From Patescibacteria group bacterium (lineage in GTDB: Bacteria; Patescibacteriota; Gracilibacteria; BD1-5; UBA6164): a DNA stretch of 64,000 nt. Every line of letters starts with the position of its first letter. Positions within the stretch are counted from its first letter, which is position 1. Made by a program: the position numbers and the translations under genes. The DNA is taken from the NCBI GenBank assembly GCA_034675265.1, contig JAUCDK010000001.1, forward strand, positions 30,358-94,357. Direction: 5' to 3'. This document shows positions 9,570 to 21,951 of this stretch, in pieces. The notes below the pieces were generated by a model. That model saw only the letters and a program-made list of their open reading frames with translations, had not been told where the DNA came from and made no database searches.

Positions 9570-10664
9570 TTATTTTCAAGTAGATTTTTTCTTATAAATT
9601 TTAAAAATTAATATTCAAATAGTAATCAGAAGAACTAGAGCTCATCAAATAAAGAAAAAAACTGAATCTTCTTTTTTTCTTGATGTTTGGGGGAAATTTC
9701 AAGTTTCTATAGTAGATATTGTATTTGTATTTTCAATACTTTCGTCTATTTCACTTTGAGTTAAAATTCATGAGTTATTTTCTATACTGTTTTCTTGAAT
9801 ACTTCAAGAGTTTTCTAGATTTTCTATTCCAGTATTTGATAGTTCTTGTGCTTCTTTCTCATCAATTATAACAGGAGGAGTTATTTTTGATGGAGGTGGA
9901 GTTTCTTTTATTTCTGGAGAGTTCTCTTTTTTAGGTTTTTGTATAGGAGTTTCTTTGGGTTCCTCTATTACATTACTTAAAAAATTCCCAGTACAAAGAG
10001 GAATATCATTACTTAAAAACTCCTCTCCATATTTCAGTATAGAGTAGTTTGAGTTTATATCTAAAATAGCTGAAAAATTGTCTCAAATTTTTGGATAATA
10101 GCTTTCTCAACGATTTTTATATATGGGAAAATTAGTTGATATTCCTAAACATCCAAGTAATGGGTCTTGAACAGTCTCTTTCCCAAAAACTGTATAGAGC
10201 TTCCCTTGAGATTTAATAATCATATTTAAATCATAGTAAGGGCAAGCTTCAAATAAATCTTTTGTAATATCATAAATTTCTCAAGAAATTTGACATTTAT
10301 TTGCATTATCATAAATATCTCTAGTTTCTTCTTCAGGATTATAACCACTTAAGCAGTTAGGAAGTTCAATATTTTCATTGTAAGCTTCTTCTCAAATTTT
10401 TAATATGTCAACTCAACTAAAGGTTCAAATAGCATAAAACTCATCTCAGACTTTTGGAATATTTTCTCCAGATAAATTGTATAATAAAGGAGTATTACAA
10501 ACTGAATTATCTCAAGCTCAATACAAGACATAACCAAAATCTCATCATTTTAATTTAATTCTTAGGTTTAAACAAGTAGTGTCTCTTCATAGAGGAACTT
10601 TTATTGATTCGATAGTTCCTTTTGCTTTACATTTAAAGGAAGTTTCAAATAATTTTTCTGTCAT
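9570..10664 (-). CDS. Tail-anchored membrane protein with Cys-containing repeats and a Pro/Glu/Lys-rich linker
   Basis: 364 aa. MTEKLFETSFKCKAKGTIES..., repeat NKCQISGEIYDIT, linker EEPKETPIQKPKKENSPEIKETPPPSKITPP, C-terminal TM FFFIGGALVLLITIGILIF. Frame fully checked. Confidence 0.6.
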
Positions 10665-10678
10665 TTTTATTTATTAAA

Positions 10679-10834
10679 TCAATTCTTAAATCTTTCAAAA
10701 TCTTCTTTTTCTTGAGAAGTTAAATTTTTATAGGCATTTGTTTCAGAAGAAAGTTTATAATCATCTTGATAATATTCTTCATTTTTATATGCTTCTCGAA
10801 AATCTTTTACGGTTTGACTTTCCTTAATAGACAT
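10679..10834 (-). CDS. Small acidic hypothetical protein (51 aa)
   Basis: MSIKESQTVKDFREAYKNEEYYQDDYKLSSETNAYKNLTSQEKEDFERFKN. ATG chosen over the TTG used by the track. First gene of the 3-gene minus-strand group. Confidence 0.35.
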   Translation of the reverse strand: MSIKESQTVKDFREAYKNEEYYQDDYKLSSETNAYKNLTSQEKEDFERFKN

Positions 10835-10965
10835 AATTATTTCCTCTTCATTTAAATTTGTATTAGAAAACAAAAAATGATTTTGCAAAATCTGAGTAAA
10901 AGTATATATACTTAAAATTAAAATGCAAATATAAAATATATTTTATATTTATATTTTTATGACAA

Positions 10966-10997
10966 AATAAAAAGGTTTGTGAATTTCACAAACTTTT
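10966..10997 (-). terminator. Intrinsic terminator after pyk
   Basis: gtttgtg-aattt-cacaaac hairpin with a T-run on the minus strand. The stem sequence resembles the 9053-9087 terminator. Confidence 0.55.
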
Positions 10998-12416
10998 TTA
11001 TTCAACTTCAATGATTTCAATAATTGGAAATTCTTTTCCATATTTTTGTATATCACTTACAGCTATAACTTTATCTCAAGCCATAAAGTTATTTTCTTTT
11101 TTCAACTTTTCTATCGCTCATTCTACATTATTCATATAATCATCATTCCAAGATTCAAGCATTTTTGGTTTGATTCAGTAAAGAATATTCATAAAATTTA
11201 AACTTTTCGTTGTTTTTGTAAAAGCATATACATCTATATTTGGTCTAAATGCAGCTGCTAAACGAGCGAGAAGTCCAGTTTTTGTAAGAATAATAATTGC
11301 TTTTGCATCAAGTTCTTCAGCAATACTAATAGCATGTTTGATAAGTGATTTTTTCTCAATATCGCGAGTATTAAGCCCATTATTTGAAAACTCACTATGA
11401 ATATTTTGTACTCATTTTTCAGTTTCAATAATGACTTTTGTCATCATCTGAATAGATTCAATTGGATATTTTCCTGTTGTTGTTTCTCCAGAAAGCATTG
11501 TACAGTCAGCACTTGCCATAACACTATTGTATATATCACTTACTTCTGCTCTTGTGGGAAAAGGATTTTCTATCATCGTTTCTAAAAGATGAGTGGCAAT
11601 GATGAAAAATTTTCCATATTGTAAACACAATTTTGAAATTTCTTTTTGATAAAATGGTAATTTTTCAATTGGAACTTCAATTCATAAATCTCATCTTGCT
11701 ACCATTACTCAGTCGGAATTTTTTACAATTTCTTCTAAATTTTCTATTGCTTCTTGATTTTCAATTTTTGAGATAATTTTTATATGACTTGCATTGTGCT
11801 CTGAAAGTAAATCTCTGAGTTCTTGAATATTTTCTTTATTTCTTACAAAACTCATTGCAATAAAATCATAATTATTTTCTATAGCAAAAAGTACATCTTC
11901 CTTATCTTTTGCAGTAATTCCAGGAAGTTTTAATTTTACACCAGGAAGATTTATGTGTCTTTTACTTCCAATAATACAAGTATTCAAAACTTCTCAAATT
12001 AAAAAATCATTATGAATTTCTTTTACTCTTACATTACAAAGCCCAGAATCAATAATAATAGTTTCTCATACTTTTATATCTTCAAGTAAATATTCATAAT
12101 CACAAAAAATATCATCTTCTCATCTTTTTGCATCATCAACTACGATTTTTACGTTATTTCAAGCAATTAGTTCAATCTTTTTTTCTACAATTCCAGTTCT
12201 TATTTCTGGTCATTTTGTATCAAGTAAAAGACTTAACTGAGTTTTTCATTCTTTATTAAGTTCTTTTATAGTATCAGCAATTGGTTTTGCTACATCAAAA
12301 GTTGCATGAGAAAAATTAAATCTCACAATATTTACTCATGAATGATACATTTTTTCAAGTTGTTCTTTACTTTGTGTTACTGGTCAAACAGTAGCAATAA
12401 TTTTTGTTTTTTTCAT
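10998..12416 (-). CDS. pyk: Pyruvate kinase
   Basis: 472 aa. MKKTKIIATVGPVT, NFSHATF, LLDTKGPEIRTG, MVARGDLGIEVP, ATHLLETMIENPFPTRAEVSD. Joins track ORFs 11412-11630 and 11709-11987. Confidence 0.9.
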
Positions 12417-12440
12417 AAAAAATATTTAAAAAATAAACAG

Positions 12441-12472
12441 GTAAAAAGCAATTCAAATTTTGAATTGCTTTT
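12441..12472 (-). terminator. Intrinsic terminator after the DEAD-box helicase gene
   Basis: agcaattca-aattt-tgaattgct followed by a T-run on the minus strand. Confidence 0.6.
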
Positions 12473-12475
12473 ATT

Positions 12476-14275
12476 TTAATATCTTGGTTTTTTAAAGTCT
12501 CTTCCTCCAGAACTTCTTCTATCATCACTTCTTCCACCTCTATATCCACTTCTATCACTATTTCTATATCCTCCAGAACTTCTTCTGTCATCTCTTCTTC
12601 TATCTCCTCAACCAGAATAGCTTCTTCTTTCTCCACCATCAGTTTTTTCTTTTGCTCTTACAACAAGAGGTTTTACAGGATTTTTATCTTTAAATGCTTG
12701 TAATACAACATGTCAAACATCTTCAGGTAAATCAACATAAGAAAAGTTTGTTAAAATATCTACTTTTCCAGCTCCTAAATCTCCAAGATTACTTTCTTTT
12801 GCAATAAATGAAAGTAATGCTCCAGGATTTTGAATATTATCCATTTTTCCTTTTGCAACAAAAAGTCTAATCATTCCATCATCTCTTGATGCAAAACTTC
12901 TTTCACTTCTTTCTCATCTCTCAAATCTTTCACCTCTATCAGAACTTCTTTCTCTTACTGAAAAATCTTTATAACTATCAGCTTTAAATTCATCTTTATA
13001 GAATTTTTTTAAGAGAGTTGAAATTACAAGTGCTGGTTCTTTTCCTTCTAATAATTCTCAAGAAATAGCTAAATAATCTCTTGCTTCATCAGTAATAATA
13101 AGAGTTTCAACATCATGTAATAATCATTTCTTTTTGTGTTCTACTACTTCTTCACCATTTGGTAATTTTTCTTTTGTAATTTTTGCTTTAATAGTTCTTT
13201 CAATGAAGAATAATTTTCTTGAATCACTACTTGAAACAATACTGATAGCAGTACCATTTTTTCCAGCTCTTCCAGTTCTTCAGATTCTATGAGTATAGCT
13301 TTCCGGATTATCAGGAAGTTCAAAGTTTACTACATGTGAAAGATCATTTACATCGATTCATCTTGCAGCAACATCAGTCGCAACTAAGATTGAAACGGCT
13401 CTTTTTTTAAATCTTCCAAGTACTTTTTCTCTCATTGCTTGTTCAATATCTCCGTGAATTGCTTCAGCTAAGTATCCTTTTTGTGATAATTTTGAAGCTA
13501 CTTCATCAGTTTCAGCTTTTGTTCTACAAAATATTATTCCATAAAAATCAGGAGTAATATCTAAAATTCTACATAAAACATCAAATTTATGTCCTCTTGG
13601 AGCATCGTAATGAACTTGTTTAATATTTGAATTTGTTAATTCTTCTTTTTTAATAGAAATAGTTTCATAATCTCTCATGTAATTTTTAACAATTCCAGCA
13701 ATAAATGGAGGCATTGTAGCAGAGAATAGGAATACTTTTTTATTTACTGGAGAAAATTTTAAAATTTCTTCAATTTCTTCTCTAAATCATACATTTAACA
13801 TTTCATCAGCTTCATCAAGAACGAAATATTTAATAGTATCAAGATTTACTCTTCCTTTTTGTAAGTGATCTGTTACTCTTCCTGGAGTACCAACAATAAT
13901 TTGTGGTCCAGTTCTCAGAGTTGACATTTCTGATCTGATTGGTTGTCCTCAGTAAAGTAAAACAATATTTACATTTGAGTTGGTTGAAAATGATTTTAAT
14001 TCTTCAGCAACTTGGATAGCAAGTTCTCTTGTTGGAGTAAGGATAAGTGCTTGAAGGTCACGAGAATTTTTATCAATTCTATCAAGAATTGGAAGTCAAA
14101 ATGCTGCTGTTTTTCCTGATCCTGTTTGAGCTTGTCCAACAATATCTTTATCAGTATTTAATGCAAGAGGAATTACTCAAGCTTGGATAGGAGAAGGATT
14201 TTTATATCCTTTTTCTTCAATTGATTTTAAAATTTCTTTAGAGAGTCCTAAAGATTCAAAAGTTATATCTGTCAT
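12476..14275 (-). CDS. DEAD-box ATP-dependent RNA helicase (DeaD/CsdA-like, DbpA-type C-terminal domain, RG-rich tail)
   Basis: 599 aa. [31 protein letters not shown] (two Gly are TGA). Tail [47 protein letters not shown]. Confidence 0.9.
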
Positions 14276-14618
14276 AAAAAAAATTAATATATAAAAAGAA
14301 ATAAAATTATAATATTATTTCTCGATAAAGGCAAAATAAGCAAAAAAATAAAAGCATTATATATGGAATGTTTCAGCGCATTATTTAACCTTCTTTTTGT
14401 TAAAATTTAGGTAAGTTTCACTTTATTCGCCATATTTAATACTTTTTAAAGTATGATTTTTTGAAAAACTGTTCTAAAATTATTAACAATCACTTCTGAT
14501 TATAATAATTTTTTTTGAAAAAGCTAATTTAAATTTAAAAATAAATGTATATAATAATTTTGTATTTTTATGCATAATCTATATAATCATCTTAAATATT
14601 ATTACAATAAATCCAAAT

Positions 14619-16124
14619 ATGCCAATAGAAAACTCTAACTTTGAACAACAACTTTTTAAAACTGCTGACAAACTTCGTAAAAACATTGATGCAGCTGAAT
14701 ACAAAAATGTAGTATTATGACTTATTTTCTTAAAGTATATTTCTGATTCTTTTATGGAATTACATGATAAATTATCTCAAGATAGTTATTCAGACCCAGA
14801 AGATCGCGACGAATATATTGCAGAAAATATTTTTTTTGTGCCTGAAATTGCCAGATGGCAAAACCTTCAAGCAAAAGCAAAACTTCCAACAATTGGTCAA
14901 GAACTTGATGATGCAATGGAGATAATAGAAAAAGAAAATTCAGAATTAAAAAATGTACTTCCAAAAGTATTTGGAAAGCCAAACCTGGATAAAACTTCAC
15001 TTTGAGAACTTATTGATGTAATTTCAAATATTGATTTAAAGCATACACATAAAAACTCAAAAGATTTACTTTGAAGAGTTTATGAATATTTCTTGTGAGA
15101 ATTTGCAAATGCTGAATGAAAAAAATGATGACAATTTTATACCCCAAAAGCAATTGTTAAACTAATGGTTGAAATGATTGAACCTTATAAGTGAAGAGTT
15201 TATGATCCTGCTTGTTGAAGCGGATGAATGTTTGTAATGAGTGAAAAATTTGTTGAAGAACATCAAGGAAATATAAAAGACATTACCATTTATGGTCAAG
15301 AATCAAATCAAACAACTTGGAAACTTTCAAAAATGAATTTGGCTATTAGAAATATTAACTCAAAGTTTGTAGCTTGGAATACAGAAGGGTCTTTTTTAAG
15401 AGATGCTCATCCTGATTTAAAAGCTGATTTTATTTTAGCAAATCCTCCTTTTAATCAATCAGATTGGTGACAAGAGGTTTTACAAGAAGATGCAAGATGG
15501 AAATATGGGATTCCACCATCTGGAAATGCAAATTTTGGTTGGATACAACATATGCTCTATCACACAGCAACAAATGGAATTGTTTCAACAGTTCTTGCAA
15601 ATGGTTCACTTTCTTCAAATACTTCTTGAGAATGAGAAATTAGAAAAAATTTAATAGAAAATGATTTAGTTGAGTGTATCGTGGCACTTCCAAAACAACT
15701 TTTTTATAATACTTGAATTCCTGCATGTATTTGGTTTTTAAGAAGATGAAGAACTCTCAGAAATAAAGAAACTCTTTTTATTGATGCTTCAAATATGTGA
15801 TATATGAAGGACAGAGTTCATAGAGATTTAAGTGAAGATGATATCAAAAAAATCTCTGAAACTTATCATAATTGGAGAAAATGATGAGATTATCAAGACA
15901 TAAAATGATTTTGTAAATCAGCAAATATTGCAGAAATAGAAAAACATTCATTCGTACTTACTCCTGGAAGATATGTTTGAATAGAGGATGTAGTAGATGA
16001 TGGAATACCTTTTGAAGAAAAAATGAAAGTACTCACTGAAACATTAAAAGAGCAATTTGAAAAAGAAAATATTTTAAATGAAGAAATTAAAAGGCAGTTA
16101 GAGAAAATAGGGTTTAAAATATAA
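14619..16124 (+). CDS. hsdM: Type I restriction-modification system, DNA methyltransferase subunit M
   Basis: 501 aa. Hsd[24 protein letters not shown] motif DPACGSGGM, catalytic [11 protein letters not shown]. Confidence 0.9.
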
Positions 16125-16128
16125 AAAT

Positions 16129-16153
16129 CCCCTTAAAACGAAAAGTCAAGGGG
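16129..16153 (+). terminator. GC-rich hairpin directly after hsdM
   Basis: cccctt-13 nt-aagggg with no clear T-run. Unusual GC content for this genome. Confidence 0.35.
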
Positions 16154-16236
16154 CTCTACTCACAAAAGAGCTACATCAAAGTAGTTATATGATAATTAAA
16201 TCAATTAATAAATCAATAATAAATAACTTAAAAAAT

Positions 16237-17034
16237 ATGTTTCAATTTACAAATTCTCAAAATATCTGAATATATATTGATTTTTCAAATATTTTTCATG
16301 CAAAATACACTTTGTGATGGGAATATGATATAGAGAATTTTTTATCTTATCTGAAAGATCAAGACTCTATTAAAGAAGTTTGTTTTTATTGAGCATATGA
16401 TAAAAGAAATATCAAACAATTTACTTGGGTAAAAAAGCTACAATCTACTTTTAATAGTGATAAATTTTATTTTTATTTTAAAAAACTAGAGAAAAAGTGA
16501 GAAAACCATAAATGAAATGTTGACACAGAGATGTGATTTGATATTTCTGAAAATAAGAATAATTGGGAAACTTTGGTTTTATTTTCAGGTGATTGAGATT
16601 TTCTTTATATTATTAAAAAATTAATAGAAGATTTTAAAAAACAAATTGTTGTAGTAAGTACTAAGTGACATATTGCAAAAGAACTTATTGATTTTATAAA
16701 AACTCAGAATATTGATATTTGTAGATTTATTGATATTAAAAAGGATAATGAAATTGCAACTTGAATTAAAACTATAATAAAAAATACCAAAAGATGACTT
16801 TGTATCCCACCAGAGCTTTTAGAAAAAATAGAAAATGCTGAGATTGAAGAATTGGTTGAATTTAAAAATTGGCTTGATTTGGTTTTGGATAATAAAATTA
16901 AAACTATAGATTTACCATCAATTTTAAAATGATTACAAAATAGAAATCATTATGATACATATAAAACTATTTTAGCTTGGAGGCTTGTTGAAAAGCAATT
17001 ATTACATGATTATATTGAGTCTTTAGTATCTTAG
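16237..17034 (+). CDS. NYN-domain (LabA-like, PIN-superfamily) putative ribonuclease
   Basis: 265 aa. GIYIDFSNIF, KGNVDTEMGFDI, LVLFSGDGDFLYIIKKL, IVVVSTKG follow the NYN acidic-residue pattern. TAG stop. Every codon checked. Confidence 0.6.
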
Positions 17035-17048
17035 TTTAGACGCAAAAA

Positions 17049-17068
17049 TACCTCGATCGCTCGAGGTA
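17049..17068 (+). terminator. Perfect 8-bp GC-rich hairpin after the NYN gene
   Basis: tacctcga-tcgc-tcgaggta. Confidence 0.4.
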
Positions 17069-17178
17069 CCTTGCCAAATTAAGTGATTATATTATATAGA
17101 AAGTCATATAAAATGCAAATAAAAAGTATACCAAAAGTTAACAAAAAGTATTAAAAATTACTATTTAATGAATTTAAA

Positions 17179-17745
17179 ATGTGGAAAATTTTCTCAAAAC
17201 TAAACTACTCAAATCCAGCAAATAAAAAAATGTTTGAAAATCAAATCACTTGATTAAAAGAACAAACAAAATTTGTAAATGATTTATTAGTGCAAAATAT
17301 AATTACAAGTAGAAATAATTTACTCGTTTTGTCTTGATGATTAATGGCTTTTATTTGAGTTGTTCATCCAAGTTTAAAACAAGATACAAATATATTTTTA
17401 AAATTGACTATTGTTTGTTTTTTAACTACGATTTTTTTTGCAATTATTGTTGCAACTATATGAGCAGTTTATGATATAAAACTTATAAAATATAAATCTG
17501 ATGTTATTAAAAATTATTTAACTTCTGTTTGAGATTTCTTACAAAAAGTGAAAAAAATAGAATTTGATAAAGAAGAAGTGAAAAAATATGATACAATGAG
17601 AGAAAAATATAAAAATGATATGGAACTTTCAACTTGATATAAAATTTGAGGATTTTTTCTTAATATAAGTACATGAATTTATAGCATTTCTTTAATTATT
17701 TGAATGATAAGTTTAATAATTTTTTATGTAAATTTAATTTTTTAA
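17179..17745 (+). CDS. Multi-pass small membrane protein, unknown function
   Basis: 188 aa. Hydrophobic helices LLVLSGGLMAFIGVV, LTIVCFLTTIFFAIIVATIGAV, GIYSISLIIGMISLIIFYV. Stop 17743-17745 abuts the hsdS ATG at 17747. Confidence 0.6.
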
Positions 17746-17746
17746 T

Positions 17747-18907
17747 ATGACAACAACAAATACTACATTACCTGATTGATGGATTGAAACGACTTTGGGA
17801 GAGGTTTGTGAGTTTATTAGTAGATGAGTAACTCCAAAATATTCCAATGAATGAATATTGGTATATAATCAAAAATGTATAAGAGATTGAAAAATTTTAA
17901 AAAAAGATTCAAGATTTTTAGATTCATCTCAAAAAATTATGGAAGAAAAATTTTTGAAAGATTTAGATATTTTAATATGTTCTACATGAGTTTGAACATT
18001 ATGAAGAGTTTGACAAATAAAAGAAGTTATAATTCCTTCTACAGTTGATTCTCATGTAAGCATTGTTCGTGTAAATAATAAGAATTCTAAGTTTTACATT
18101 TGATATTTGTTGAAATCAAGAGAAAAATATATTGAAAGCTTAGCAGAATGATCAACATGACAAACTGAGTTGCCTAGAGAAAAAATAAAAAATATTTCAC
18201 TTTTCCTTCCACCACTTCCAGAACAACAAGCAATTGCAAAAATTTTATCATCTTTTGATGATAAAATTGAACTTCTTAGAGAACAAAACGAGACTTTAGA
18301 AAAAATGGCTCAAACTATTTTTGAGGAATGGTTTGGAAAATATAGTGTTGATGATGAATTGCCTGAAGGGTGGAGAGTGGGGAAGTTGGGGGAAGTAATT
18401 GAAAACTATGATTCAAAAAGAATACCTATAGCAAGTGATAAAAGAAAAAAATGAATTTATCCATATTATGGAGCTACATGAATTAATGATTTTGTTAATG
18501 GTTATATTTTTGACTGAATTTATACTTTATTATGAGAAGATGGTTCTGTAATAAAAGAAAATTGAAAACCTTTTACACAATATGTTTGGTGAAAAATTTG
18601 GGTAAATAACCATGCTCATGTTTTACAATGAAAAAACTGATTTTCAACAGAATTAATAAAAATCATATTAGATAATACTGATATTTTTCCTTTTGTTAAT
18701 TGAGCAGTTCAATTAAAAATTAATCAAACAAATATGAATTCTATTCCTTTGATTATCCCAACAAAAGAAATTTTGAAGGAATTTGATGACTTAATTCAAC
18801 CTGTTTTTTGAAAAATTAGAGATAATTCAGAAGAAATACAAACTCTTTCTAAAACTCGTGATGAATTGTTGCCGAAGTTGATGAAAGGGGAAGTGAGAGT
18901 AGTTTAG
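17747..18907 (+). CDS. hsdS: Type I restriction-modification system, specificity subunit S
   Basis: 386 aa. Two TRD halves, each followed by a conserved helix: LPPLPEQQAIAKILSSFDDKIELLREQNETLEKMAQTIF and EIQTLSKTRDELLPKLMKGEVRV. Confidence 0.9.
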
Positions 18908-18929
18908 ATTTTAATAAATAGTTTATTCT

Positions 18930-19940
18930 ATGTGAAGATTAGAAAAAGTAATTTTTGATACTAATAGATTATATAATAGTAAATTAACAACTTTTTTTGC
19001 TAAAAATGTTTGTTGATTAGAAAGTTTCCATAAATCATCTGAAATCATTATTCCAACTATAGTGTTAGAAGAGCTTAGGAATAAATATAAAAGAGATTTT
19101 CAAGAAGGAAAAGAGAAGTTTTTTCAAAATATGTTAAGTAATATTTTGTCACATAATGCTGAAACAATTGATATTGATGATAAAATTCAGAAATTATTAG
19201 ATACAGAAACAATAACTTTTTCGCAGATAGAATTAACAAATATGAATGTTTTAAGTGAAATGATAGAATTAGCTTTAAAAAAAGAACCTCCTTTTGAAGC
19301 TTGAAAAGGTACTGATAAATGATTTAAAGATGCATGCTTATATTTTACTATTTTAGAATATTTAAATACTTTATCCGATAAATATATATTTGTTTGTACA
19401 TGTGATTGAAGATTAAAAGAAGCTTTAGAAAAACATAAAAATATAATTGTTGTTGAAGATTTTAAGGAATTTGAATCAAAAAGTACCTGATATTTTAAGG
19501 AAAAATATTTTATAGATAAATTAAATGAAATATTACCTCATACTGTGGATTCTATTTGAGATATACAATACAATATAAATGATAATTGGCTTATTACTAT
19601 AATTACTAATGATATAGATACTTATCGTGTTGAAGTAGATTTCTCTACAAAAGAAATAATAGATTTCGTGAGAAAATGAGATTTTAATGATTTAATAAAT
19701 TGATTAATTTCCTCAGATAATTTTTCTGATACTCATTCAATTATTAAACAATTGATGTGATTTATAAATTATATTACTGATGATGAAATTATATCTTTAT
19801 ATAATGCTCTTTTCACAAATTCTCAAATAAGATGAGCTTTTTGATACTCAGTAAAAGAATTTTATTTGAAATTATATGAGAATAAAACAGATTTATTTGA
19901 TGATGAAATGAAAAATAAAATAGATAAATTATTTGAGTAA
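18930..19940 (+). CDS. PIN-like (DUF4935-like) putative nuclease
   Basis: 336 aa. VIFDTNRLY, IIIPTIVLEELRNKY, GKGTDKGFKDACLYFTILEY, IFVCTCDGRLKEAL give a PIN-type acidic pattern. The C-terminal half is unassigned. Confidence 0.5.
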
Positions 19941-19950
19941 TATTTATACA

Positions 19951-20439
19951 ATGAAAGATTTAATTATTAACAATTGGGATAAAATAATCTTTATTTTACC
20001 ATTTATTTTTTGAATTTATGAGTTTTTCAAAAATAAAAAAGCTGAAATTGAAATAGAAAAATTAAAATCAAAGCTTGAACTTGAAAAAGATAAAAATATG
20101 CTTAATGATAAAAAGTTTAGACAAGCTTATGAAGATTTTATTTGTTTGCTTTTTGATATGTTACATCAAAAGAAGACAAACAAAAAGATTGATGTAGAGT
20201 CATGAATTGTTGAATTTATGAAGAAAACATTATTATTTGCTTGACCAGAAACTTTAAAAACTTTTTGATTGTATAGAAAAGAAGCCGGAAGTTGAAATGA
20301 AAAAGATATAATGATTTATACAGAAAATCTAATTTTTGCTATGAGAAAAGATTTATGAGTAAGTAATGAAAAATTAGAACAATATGATATTTTACAAACA
20401 TTTATAATTTGAGATATTAAAAAAGCTATTGAGAAATAA
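19951..20439 (+). CDS. Single-pass membrane protein with coiled coil, unknown function
   Basis: 162 aa. N-terminal TM IIFILPFIFGIYEFF, then KAEIEIEKLKSKLELEKDK. Starts 10 nt after the PIN-like gene. Confidence 0.55.
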
Positions 20440-20467
20440 TAATATTTTAATCATTAATTTTTAATTT

Positions 20468-21415
20468 ATGTCTTACTTAATAATAGAATCACATTTTTGA
20501 GTTCCAGAAAATGCTATTTATCCTTTAACTCGTAATCATTCTTCTGATGAACTGGTTTCATTACTTTATAGAATTAATGAGATTTTATATCCGAATGAAA
20601 AGATTGAAATACTTATTCTTCCATCAGAACCATGATCTTATAAAGATATATTAAAAATTATTGGTGCAATTTGATGATGACTATTAACAATTACTTGAGT
20701 TGCAATTGCATATTTAACTTACATTGATGCTCATGAATCTCACCAAATTGATATGATTGAAAAATGTGTAAATATGATTACTAAAGAAGCCGATTGAAAA
20801 ATTGAAATTGATTATACTAAATTAAATAAATTGTGTGAGGATTATTGAGTAAAAAAGATTAAAAATAATAGATATAAAATTTTGCAAAATGATAAAACCA
20901 TTTCATATGAAGAAACTATACTTAAAACTGATGAACAAAAAACAATATATAGGAAAAAAATTGATAGAGAAAAATTTTGAGACATGATTTTTCCGATACC
21001 TGAGGAGCAAGAAGTATTTTTAGAAAATATGGAATGAACTATTGAATTAATTGCATTAGTTGTAAAACAAAAAAAAGAATGAAAATGAATTCCTTGGAAA
21101 TGAACTTATTATTGAGATGAAATTGAAGAATTAGGATATAAAGTTTTATATTCATGAGAGGAAGTTAGTTTTTATATGCAAGATAAAGAATTTAAAAATA
21201 AAATACAAAATCATGAAGTTACTTTTATGAGTTGAGATAATATTTCAGTTTTATTTAATTTAAAATGAACTGTAAAAAATGGCTTCTTTTTAAATAAAAA
21301 TATTTATATAAAAGAAGTAAGACAATTTAATGAAAAAGTGATTGAACATACCCAAAAAATAACATCTAAGAAAGTTAGAAGACAATCTGAGTGACAAATT
21401 AGTTTAGAATTTTAA
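20468..21415 (+). CDS. Hypothetical protein with a central TM helix
   Basis: 315 aa. ILKIIGAIGGGLLTITGVAIAYLTYI (GGG is three TGA). No recognisable domain. Confidence 0.55.
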
Positions 21416-21528
21416 TACTGTTCATTTTGCATTAAACTCTAAATTAAACTTGATATTTACCTAAAATCAATACAATAAATTTGACTTTATACCATTTTTG
21501 ATATATTATCTCTTTAATCTTGGAATAA

Positions 21529-21951
21529 ATGAAAAGAAAAATAAAAATAAATGATGATCCTTTACTTGAAAATTCCTTTATCAAAATATTTAAAAATTTT
21601 TATGAATTCGAACAAATGAGAACAATGGATTGCATCTATCATGTAGTTGATAATTTCAACTGACACCCAGAACCACCAAATGCAAAACCTTTATTTGAAA
21701 CTTGAGACGAAGAACTTAATGAGTTTAGAATCTCACTAAATGAAATTTTATTTAGAGTACATTACTTTTTAACTGATGAATATGTAGTTATACTCAATGC
21801 TTACACAAAACCAAATGGTAAAAAAAGTAAAAATGAATATAACAAAGCTTCAAAGAAAAAATTAGATAAAGAAATTAAAATTTTCATACAAGAAGCTTTA
21901 GAGTTAAAAAAAGAGTATTTTAACAATAATGAAAATTATCATGAGCTATAA
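21529..21951 (+). CDS. Gp49/HigB-like (RelE superfamily) toxin
   Basis: 140 aa. LNEFRISLNEILFRVHYFLTDEYVVILNAYTKPNGKKS...KEIKIFIQEALELKKEY. 11-nt overlap with the next gene. Confidence 0.6.

Noticed and set aside
12367-12639. Track ORF of 90 aa (EEE/VEE-rich) on the minus strand, and similar long standard-code ORFs such as 22068-22810 (minus), 63274-63798 (minus), 29982-30341 (minus) and 3698-4063 (plus)
   Set aside because: They lie out of frame or antisense within verified table-25 genes (DEAD-box tail, antitoxin, A2M, rsmH, pilin). Their low-complexity translations are typical shadow ORFs of AT-rich coding DNA.
14276-14618. 343-nt divergent intergenic region between the helicase gene and hsdM, examined for a tRNA, sRNA or small ORF
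   Set aside because: There is no cloverleaf-compatible GC-rich segment. The only ORF is 15 codons (MECFSALFNLLFVKI), and no hairpin or terminator is present. It is probably just two divergent promoters.
17049-17070. Cluster of 6-bp restriction-type palindromes (cgatcg, ctcgag, ggtacc) resembling a synthetic polylinker
   Set aside because: All three sites are by-products of one 8-bp GC-rich hairpin (tacctcga-tcgc-tcgaggta). There is no vector-like sequence around it.
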